A stretch of 32,000 nucleotides of DNA from contig JBJLBP010000001.1 of the NCBI GenBank assembly GCA_045568075.1, forward strand, positions 210,001 through 242,000, read 5' to 3'. The stretch's first letter is position 1; every line of letters begins with the position of its first letter. Shown here in pieces: positions 7,992-14,395 of this stretch. The position numbers and the translations under genes were made by a program. Origin of the DNA: Candidatus Thalassarchaeaceae archaeon (GTDB taxonomy: Archaea > Thermoplasmatota > Poseidoniia > Poseidoniales > Thalassarchaeaceae). The notes beneath the pieces are model-generated. The model was not told the DNA's origin. It saw nothing but the letters and a program-made list of their open reading frames with translations, and made no database searches.

Positions 7992-9188
7992 ATGATGCGC
8001 CACTTGGTCGTTCCAAATCGCGAGGTCGAGGCTGTTCTAGGCCATGTTCGTGCTCGTGGATGGGGGGCGTTGAGCCACAGGGTTTTCTCTAGTGAAGACG
8101 GATTTTCACGACTAATACCACTAGATGCAGGGGCACCATTGGAACTCCCTGATTCCCTCAACTATCCTATCGAAATGCATGAGGGTATTCCCGACGAGAA
8201 AATTGAGACAGATTGGCTAACTCTTCTTGCAACAGAAGTGGATCAGTCGACAATTTCTGAAAAAGGCGAGTCTTGGCCGTCGAATCACGAATTTGTTGGC
8301 GATATGATGATTGTTAGAATCGATGATGAAGTTGCAGAGTTCACCGCCTCCATCGCTAGAGCAAAACTCGGCGCTCACCCACACATTCGCTTACTTCTGG
8401 CCGATGATGGTGTAGAGGGAGAGTTCAGAATCCGGCAACTGAGGCCCATTGGAGCGAGACTAGCGGATAGAATTCTTGCCGGCCCCAGCCTAGAGTTTGC
8501 ACCTCCAGATCTTTTCTCAACAGAGGTCGCAGTCAAGGAAAGTGGCCGAGTAATCCGATGCGACCCGACACGTGCTTACTTCTCCACCAAATTGCAAACC
8601 GAGAGACTAGAGACTCTGGCTTTAGCCAAGGAATTACGAGAAGAACTCGGTCGCCCGTTGAGAGTCGCTGACCCTTTTTGTGGAGTCGGCCCAGCCCTTG
8701 CTACTTTACTCGGAGAACCCGATTTGATCTCGGATTTACTAGCTACAGATCTAAACCCAAATGCAGTCCAACTTTTGATGACCAACCTTTCGAAATGGGA
8801 CAGAAAACCATACCCTGAGGGAGCGCCAGATATTCACCGCGCGCACGAAAACCGTCTTGTCGGTTTGGCAGATGCATTGACTCTCTCCGCCTCTTCCTCA
8901 ATCGCGGGCCAATGGGACCTAGTTTTGGTCAACTTACCTCACAGAACAATCGAATTCCTTCCATCCCTTGTTCCATTACTCGACCGAAGTAATCCATCAC
9001 TAATTCGCGGTAGAGCTATTGTCGAAGAGAGTGCTATTGAGGAGGCAAATCAAGCGATAATATCGGCACTACCAGGCATCATGCCTGACAAACCACAGCC
9101 CTCTCTGAAAATTAAGAGAGATTACAGTGCATCCCTCCGACTTTGCTCCTTCCAAGCATGGCTTAGTCCAGAGGTGGAGCAGAATTGA
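7992..9188 (+). CDS. Trm5/Taw2 (Met-10+) family class I SAM-dependent tRNA methyltransferase
   Basis: YFSTKLQTERLE, DPFCGVGPALATL, ATDLNPNAVQLL and VLVNLPH match the Met-10+/Trm5 motif order. The start is uncertain: ATG 7992 is preferred and ATG 7956 is possible. Confidence 0.75.
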   Translation: MMRHLVVPNREVEAVLGHVRARGWGALSHRVFSSEDGFSRLIPLDAGAPLELPDSLNYPIEMHEGIPDEKIETDWLTLLATEVDQSTISEKGESWPSNHEFVGDMMIVRIDDEVAEFTASIARAKLGAHPHIRLLLADDGVEGEFRIRQLRPIGARLADRILAGPSLEFAPPDLFSTEVAVKESGRVIRCDPTRAYFSTKLQTERLETLALAKELREELGRPLRVADPFCGVGPALATLLGEPDLISDLLATDLNPNAVQLLMTNLSKWDRKPYPEGAPDIHRAHENRLVGLADALTLSASSSIAGQWDLVLVNLPHRTIEFLPSLVPLLDRSNPSLIRGRAIVEESAIEEANQAIISALPGIMPDKPQPSLKIKRDYSASLRLCSFQAWLSPEVEQN

Positions 9189-10858
9189 AAAATATCCTTA
9201 GTTCTATCTCGGAGAAAGCCCTGAAAAATCCAGATAAGATTGCTTTCGCATTTATGAAAGAAGACTCGCCGGGTGAAGGCTACAACCAAATTTCCTTCAA
9301 AGAATTGGATGAGAAAAGTAGTAGGGCAGCGATTCTTCTTTCTCGTCAAGGTTTCCACGAAGGTGTTGTTACACTGGTCTTGGTTAAGCCCAGTATTGAT
9401 TTCGTAATTCTTCTTTATGGAATGCTAAAAACAGGAGCAGTACCCCTTTTACTTCCTAGTCTAAACATTAGAAGCAGATCTGGAAGGAGGGAATTCAGGA
9501 AGATTCTGAATCGTGCTAACCCAAGAGGTGTTATTGGAACAGGAGTAAATATTGCAATCAATCGACTACTTTCGTTATCAAAGAAGACGGACAACGTACT
9601 TCGGTTTGCAAAATTAAAGAAATTTTACTCTAATTCCGACAACCCGACGTCATTCGATATAGCCTCAGATTTGGATTGGAGCGAATCTGCGGCATTTGTC
9701 AAGTATACCACTGGAACGACAGGCCCGCCAAAAGGAGTCATTTACACACACGGAATGTTACATTCGCATCTGAAAGTGTTAGGATCACAGGGCTTTACTG
9801 ACAGAGACGTATTCTATGGCCGAGGAGGCACTCTAATTGTACACCCCCTCATTGGAATGACGTCTGTTGTGAACATGTCTTCACCCAAGCAAACTTTAGG
9901 GCCCAATATTGTCAAAACTGCGAATCAATGGAATGTAACCTGGACCTTCCTTTCCCCTCCCTCAGCGATCAATCTAGCTGAGTACTTAGTTGGCCAAACC
10001 AACTCGCCAATTAGCCAAATGATTCCTTCCATTAGGAGATTGTACGTAGGTGGAGAATCAGTAGCCGCCGAAGTTGTTGAAATCATTGAACCTCATTTAT
10101 CAGAGCAAAGACCATCCGAAGGAGGATTTCATCTAGTCTATGGAGCCACTGAAGGATTTCCTCTATGCCATGCTTCAGCATCAACAATAATCGGAACCAA
10201 ACACCAAACTTCGTCAGGAATGGGTGTTTGTGTAGGTAGAGAGGTTGGAGATGTACAATTGAGAATCTTGCCTTTTGAGGAGGCTGGCGATACAAAAGAC
10301 ACGACTGATATGGTAAGTGGAGCGCCAACATTCCAATTTTCAATCGGAGAAATTTCAGTTAATGGCCCAGTAGTTTACTCTCGTCTGGTTGGTGGAGATG
10401 AGGAGGAATTTGGAGGCGCCCTTTCTTGGGCTTTTGACAAAAATGATGGCACTTATTGGCACCGAACAGGAGACCTTGGATACAGGGACAAAGAAGGTAG
10501 AATTTGGCTTGTAGGAAGGAAGTCACATAGAGTTGAATTAGAAGGCGGACTAACCTTGCAGACGAAACAGATTGAAGAATTCTATAACTCTTTGACCGGC
10601 CTCAGAACTGCGTTAGTTAGAGGATTGCATGGCGGTAAACCGGTACTTTTAGTGGAAAAATATGAAGGCGACTGGCTAAAAATTGTATCAATAATGACAG
10701 AACATCTCACCCGACTTTCAGATCTATTCGGCGAAGATGTGAATCTTCAATTCATACACTATAATGGCTCATTCCCAGTCGATAAAGGCCACGAGGCAAA
10801 AATTGAGCGAGAAAAACTCAACTCTTGGGCCATCGAAAAGTTGCGGCATTTAGAATGA
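9185..10858 (+). CDS. AMP-forming acyl/aryl-CoA (or acyl-carrier) ligase, ANL superfamily
   Basis: 557 aa. Core motifs YTTGTTGPPKGVIYTH, YGATEG and TGDLGYRDKEGRIWLVGRKSHRV. The TTG start at 9185 overlaps the TGA stop (9186-9188) of the upstream gene. Confidence 0.8.
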   Translation: MKNILSSISEKALKNPDKIAFAFMKEDSPGEGYNQISFKELDEKSSRAAILLSRQGFHEGVVTLVLVKPSIDFVILLYGMLKTGAVPLLLPSLNIRSRSGRREFRKILNRANPRGVIGTGVNIAINRLLSLSKKTDNVLRFAKLKKFYSNSDNPTSFDIASDLDWSESAAFVKYTTGTTGPPKGVIYTHGMLHSHLKVLGSQGFTDRDVFYGRGGTLIVHPLIGMTSVVNMSSPKQTLGPNIVKTANQWNVTWTFLSPPSAINLAEYLVGQTNSPISQMIPSIRRLYVGGESVAAEVVEIIEPHLSEQRPSEGGFHLVYGATEGFPLCHASASTIIGTKHQTSSGMGVCVGREVGDVQLRILPFEEAGDTKDTTDMVSGAPTFQFSIGEISVNGPVVYSRLVGGDEEEFGGALSWAFDKNDGTYWHRTGDLGYRDKEGRIWLVGRKSHRVELEGGLTLQTKQIEEFYNSLTGLRTALVRGLHGGKPVLLVEKYEGDWLKIVSIMTEHLTRLSDLFGEDVNLQFIHYNGSFPVDKGHEAKIEREKLNSWAIEKLRHLE

Positions 10859-10893
10859 ACATTGGAAAATAATGTTGTAAAATGACGGGAATG

Positions 10894-10901
10894 AATTTAT
10901 C
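10894..10901 (+). promoter_or_regulatory. TATA-box-like element (AATTTATC) about 27 nt upstream of ATG 10925
   Basis: Read directly in an AT-rich 66-nt intergenic region. The spacing would imply a leaderless or very short-leader mRNA. Confidence 0.3.
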
Positions 10902-10924
10902 TTTCCTTCGTGATATGAAAACAC

Positions 10925-11158
10925 ATGAGCGAACCTAGTGGTCATGATTGCCCTCGGTGCAGTGTTGAATTGTTCATAGAAGTCAATGAAGATGTTGAAG
11001 GTGTAGATTTATTGATTTGTAAACAATGTTGGGGAGTAGGAATAACTGCTAAATCTCTAGATTCGGTAATCTCTCCAGGAAGTTTGTTGGATGAAAGAAG
11101 CAAGATGAAGCAACCACAACTAGCGGAGATTGTAAATGTCCAATGTGTTCTACAATAA
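10925..11158 (+). CDS. Zinc-ribbon protein (CPxC...CxxC), probably the N-terminal fragment of a longer gene fused to 11143-12093
   Basis: CPRCSVELFIEVNEDVEGVDLLICKQCWGVGITAKSLDSV is one complete four-Cys ribbon. The ORF ends 16 nt after the next ORF's ATG, in a different frame. Confidence 0.55.
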   Translation: MSEPSGHDCPRCSVELFIEVNEDVEGVDLLICKQCWGVGITAKSLDSVISPGSLLDERSKMKQPQLAEIVNVQCVLQ

Positions 11159-12093
11159 TGGATGAAATCGAATTAGAAATTCCTGAAAATATAGTCGCGA
11201 AAATTAGCATGATTGAAAAAGAAACCAGCTCACTTAGCCACTCTAATACGGTAATCATTGACTCTTGTAGCAACTGTCCATCATTCTGGTTTGATGCCGG
11301 AGAGTTAGATTTACTAAATGGAATAACACCCAAACTCAGAGGGTCAAATTACGACAAAAAAACAGTTAGATTACTCGAAGACCCCACACTAACTCAAGAA
11401 GATTTTCAAAGGAAACAAATCGTCAGGAGAGTCGCTGGGGGACTATTCGTATTATTCGCTATTTGGTTTGGCCTTGACTCAAATGATATTGGGAAAATAG
11501 CCGCTGGAATAGTGGGTCTTGGCGGATTGATTGCAATGTTTTCCAGTAATCCCGAACAAGCTCTTGCAACAGGAACCTGCGATAAGTGTTGGAAACCAGA
11601 TAAATTACTTGCGTGGAATTGTCAAAGAGGAGGCTGCTGGGCACATATCTGTAGCGATTGCGAAAGTATTGGAGATGACCCAGTTGAAACCTATGCTAAG
11701 ACTCTGGGGGCGATTGCTCTGGGGGTCGTTGTCCTAGGAGTAGGAGCAGCGGCGATTTCAAGCGGGGGTGCTGGATTAGGGGGTATACCTGGAGGAGGAT
11801 CGAGTGAAAAAGAAAAGAAGCCTACTAAGATAGACATGCTCCTTTGTGGAGAATGCACAGAAATTTGGAAAGAAGAAAAGACGGAGAAAATCCCAGTCGA
11901 TTCAGATGTCGAAGAAGCCATTGTCGAAGAAAGCAGCCCTAAATCCGAATCAATGTCGCCAGCAGAAAGACAACGCCGCCAATTTCAAAACTGTTCTATT
12001 GAGGGTTGCAATGCCCTTGTTTTCCGCATGACAGATTACTGTGGCAAACACCAAGCCAAGAAAAGTAGATTCAAATTCATGGACGGAGAATAG
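11143..12093 (+). CDS. Multi-zinc-ribbon membrane protein with C-terminal C-x4-C-x10-C-x2-H module
   Basis: 316 aa. Second-knuckle signature CSNCPSFWFDAGELDLL. Three hydrophobic segments (VAGGLFVLFAIWFGL, IAAGIVGLGGLIAMF, LGAIALGVVVLGVGAAAI). Cys cluster CDKCWKPDKLLAWNCQRGGCWAHICSDC, then CGEC. Tail QNCSIEGCNALVFRMTDYCGKHQ. The first knuckle (CKCPMC) begins upstream of the annotated ATG in the same frame. Confidence 0.65.
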   Translation: MCSTIMDEIELEIPENIVAKISMIEKETSSLSHSNTVIIDSCSNCPSFWFDAGELDLLNGITPKLRGSNYDKKTVRLLEDPTLTQEDFQRKQIVRRVAGGLFVLFAIWFGLDSNDIGKIAAGIVGLGGLIAMFSSNPEQALATGTCDKCWKPDKLLAWNCQRGGCWAHICSDCESIGDDPVETYAKTLGAIALGVVVLGVGAAAISSGGAGLGGIPGGGSSEKEKKPTKIDMLLCGECTEIWKEEKTEKIPVDSDVEEAIVEESSPKSESMSPAERQRRQFQNCSIEGCNALVFRMTDYCGKHQAKKSRFKFMDGE

Positions 12094-12099
12094 TTGTGA

Positions 12100-12480
12100 T
12101 TGGAGACTTCTTATTGGAAATTCTTTGCTTCGGCCTCTTTTGGCTCTTGTTCACGCCAGGAGCAAAAGGCGCCCCAGGTGTTTTCCGAATCGCTTGCTGA
12201 CACTCCCAGCGCTCAATCCTTGTATCAGGATTTTTTGGAAAAATATGAACCGAATGACAACGGGGATGCTCGAAGGTTAAGGAAGTCACTAACTCCTGCT
12301 CAAAGGCGCCTCCAGCAAATGCAAAACTGTTCAATCGACTCTTGCAATGCGTTAACTTACCGAGCCTCAGATTATTGTTTGAGACATCAACCATCCATGC
12401 TTGAGGAAATCGTATCAGAGCCAGAGCCGGCGCCCGATCCCCAAGCAGAAGCCAACTGGTGGGAAGAAAAAACGGATTGA
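12100..12480 (+). CDS. Small protein carrying the same C-terminal C-x4-C-x10-C-x2-H module; start uncertain
   Basis: QNCSIDSCNALTYRASDYCLRHQ at nt 12328-12390 is nearly identical to the tail of the upstream gene, including shared nucleotide runs caaaactgttc and tgcaatgc. TTG start at 12100; GTG at 12178 is an alternative. Confidence 0.5.
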   Translation: METSYWKFFASASFGSCSRQEQKAPQVFSESLADTPSAQSLYQDFLEKYEPNDNGDARRLRKSLTPAQRRLQQMQNCSIDSCNALTYRASDYCLRHQPSMLEEIVSEPEPAPDPQAEANWWEEKTD

Positions 12481-12878
12481 AGTTAGTGGAAAAGGCGGAC
12501 GAGATAGGGTACCTTGGAGCTGGGATAGTTCTCTATTGGAGAGGAAGCCCGTGGTGGCCTTATTCCTCCGCATCTTGATGACCCGGAATCGCAAGAGCTG
12601 TGGCACCATGGGTTGCTACGATATTTGTATCGTCCCAGCCTTATTTCTGTATCTGTTATTCTGTTCATACATATCGTTCATCTTCTGTAGATTTCTTGGG
12701 CGGATAGATTACGAAAACAGGATGTCGAGTGCGAACATATTCGAGGGCTTGGGGCCGATGAGCGTGCGGAAAGCCCGCATTGCACCAATGAGAGCGGAAC
12801 GCTCGAACGGTTAAGCGCACCAGCCACCCATCGGACTCCTGGCGTAATCAACCACTGGGAAAACAGGATACGCCGCCT

Positions 12879-13535
12879 ATGGCACATACCGCTGTGGCTT
12901 GTGCGATGGAGAACTATCAACACAAAGCAGGCCGCGATGCGTTCGAAAATCACCCTATCACTCCTAATGAAATCCTCGAGCAGGGCTCTCCGTGTGGTTT
13001 GGACTGCCCCATATGCTCATCGGAGATGGTTGAGATCACCCTGCTTCACATCAGGAAGAAGGAATCATACAACCCCGGATCCGTACCTAGCCCAAGCCAC
13101 CCTGTGATTGACGCCATCATGCTGGGTCTCGTCGTGATCGATGTAATAGCGCACCAAGCCCAAGAGAGCAAGGATAACCGAACTCAGACCATCGAACTCA
13201 ACGGCTGTACCGATTGCGGCTCCTTTTGGTTCGATGCCTTCGAGATGTCTACAGTCGAGAGCGCCGCTAATGTCATCCAGACGGATCCAGCGTCCTTGGA
13301 GATGCTTGCGGAGAAGGAGAGAGAGTGGGAAGAAACAGTGATTGAACTTCAGATGTCCGAGGCCGAAAGGCGCGAGCGCGAGGTATCTCGGCAGCCCCGA
13401 GCTCGAGACCGCCGTGGAAGGGCGCAGAACACAATCTGCCTCCACAGCGACAATTTGACGGGCAAGAAGTGCCGTAGGGGTATCTCTCGAAGTAGTGATT
13501 ACTGCTACGTGCACCAATCACAAGGACCCCAATAA
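12879..13535 (+). CDS. Zinc-ribbon protein with long inter-knuckle insert and C-terminal C-x10-C-x10-C-x2-H module
   Basis: 218 aa. CPICSSEMVEITL...(insert containing VIDAIMLGLVVIDVIA)...TIELNGCTDCGSFWFDAFEM. Glu/Arg-rich linker. Tail ICLHSDNLTGKKCRRGISRSSDYCYVHQ (nt 13437-13514). Confidence 0.65.
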   Translation: MAHTAVACAMENYQHKAGRDAFENHPITPNEILEQGSPCGLDCPICSSEMVEITLLHIRKKESYNPGSVPSPSHPVIDAIMLGLVVIDVIAHQAQESKDNRTQTIELNGCTDCGSFWFDAFEMSTVESAANVIQTDPASLEMLAEKEREWEETVIELQMSEAERREREVSRQPRARDRRGRAQNTICLHSDNLTGKKCRRGISRSSDYCYVHQSQGPQ

Positions 13536-13536
13536 G

Positions 13537-13612
13537 TGGCGCCCCGACCGGGATTTGAACCCGGGTCGCAGCCTCGACAGGGCTGCATGATAGGCCACTA
13601 CACCATCAGGGC
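13537..13612 (-). tRNA. tRNA-Asp (anticodon GUC), CCA encoded
   Basis: Reverse complement is GCCCTGATGGTGTAGTGGCCTATCATGCAGCCCTGTCGAGGCTGCGACCCGGGTTCAAATCCCGGTCGGGGCGCCA. Acceptor GCCCTGA/TCGGGGC has one G-U pair. Anticodon stem CAGCC/GGCTG, loop CTGTCGA. T arm CCGGG-TTCAAAT-CCCGG. Confidence 0.9.
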
Positions 13613-13757
13613 AGGAGACGGCACGACTACCGTTCTCTATTTCAATCGCTCGCGAGCCGGGGGTGCCTTCTTACCTTCGATCCCAGCCCAAATAACAAAG
13701 TCCGATTGAAACGAAATCAGGGCATTATTCATCATCCCTCTTCGGCCCCACTTCGAT

Positions 13758-14342
13758 ATGAGCGATGACCGCCTCGTCATCGATGTCGTCGATAATGGCG
13801 GCCAATGGACTCATCGCGAATGGCGCATGCTGCGCTACATGGGCGTCGACACCCAGATAATTCCCAACAAAACACCCCTCTCAGAACTTCGAACTTTAGA
13901 CGGGTTAATTCTCTCAGGTGGGGCAGCCCGAGTAGGTCTGACTGGAGAACTTGGCAATTGTGGGGCCTATCTAGAGCTCGACATACCAATTCTGGGGATA
14001 TGCGCCGGCCACCAATTCATGGCCGGATTTTACGGCGGCCGAGCAGACGAGGCCCCCGCTCCCGAGTTCGGCGCTGCGACAATCAATCTCATCGACGGTG
14101 GCGGCCTTATCTTCGCAGGTACGCCCGAGACTCAGAACGTGTGGGAAAGTCACAACGACGAGGTTGTGGAAGTGCCAGAGGGGTTCCGCATTACCGCAAG
14201 CAGCGAATCGTGCGAAATTCAAGCGATGGAGAACCAAACACAGGACCGATTCGGTCTTCAATTCCATCCAGAAGTCAACGATTCAGAGTATGGTGTACAG
14301 ATCTTTGAGAACTTCGTAGATATCTGTAGAAGGGCCCGTTAG
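13758..14342 (+). CDS. guaAA: GMP synthase, glutamine amidotransferase subunit A (class I GATase)
   Basis: 194 aa. GLILSGG, catalytic ILGICAGHQFMA, and HNDEV...FGLQFHPEV. The stand-alone size fits the archaeal split GMP synthase. No ATP-pyrophosphatase subunit is adjacent. Confidence 0.8.
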   Translation: MSDDRLVIDVVDNGGQWTHREWRMLRYMGVDTQIIPNKTPLSELRTLDGLILSGGAARVGLTGELGNCGAYLELDIPILGICAGHQFMAGFYGGRADEAPAPEFGAATINLIDGGGLIFAGTPETQNVWESHNDEVVEVPEGFRITASSESCEIQAMENQTQDRFGLQFHPEVNDSEYGVQIFENFVDICRRAR

Positions 14343-14347
14343 GGCCC
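14332..14347 (+). other. Perfect hairpin GGGCCC-gtta-GGGCCC spanning the guaAA stop codon (also a 10-nt tandem repeat agggcccgtN)
   Basis: Read directly: agggcccgtt agggcccgta at 14331-14350, with stop TAG at 14340-14342. Confidence 0.5.
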
Positions 14348-14395
14348 GTATCAGCGATGAGCAGATTGAAGAAGGGCTGTCAGGTCGGCGGCTCG

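Noticed and set aside
7958-8161. N-terminal 68-residue extension of the diphthine synthase ORF, and the matching 7920-7991 extension of the Trm5-like ORF
   Set aside because: The two extensions overlap each other on opposite strands and are low-complexity (Ser/Arg/Pro-rich). The family-conserved N-termini begin at the internal Met codons (7957 and 7992/7956).
12401-12878. ORF 12401-12814 (137 aa; possible internal start at 12578 giving a 78-aa protein with one hydrophobic helix), with antisense ORFs 12415-12609, 12483-12668 and 12678-12953
   Set aside because: No frame has a recognisable motif or a paralog signature (neither ribbon nor CCCH tail). The 5' part overlaps the end of ORF 12100-12480. 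Several short hydrophobic stretches are scattered over different frames. I cannot support any specific gene call here, so the roughly 400 nt remain unassigned. It may be degraded paralog sequence.
13717-13735. C/D-box sRNA-like elements on the minus strand (ATGATGA followed by CTGA) in the tRNA-Asp / guaAA spacer
   Set aside because: The C-to-D' spacing is only 8 nt, against the roughly 12 nt expected. No C' (TGATGA) or terminal D box (CTGA) follows. This is most likely chance.
13805-14308. 167-aa Arg-rich ORF in an alternative frame of guaAA, plus antisense ORFs 13777-13989 and 13971-14267
   Set aside because: The GATase frame has the catalytic Cys/His motifs. The alternative frames give low-complexity Arg/Ser/Pro sequence.
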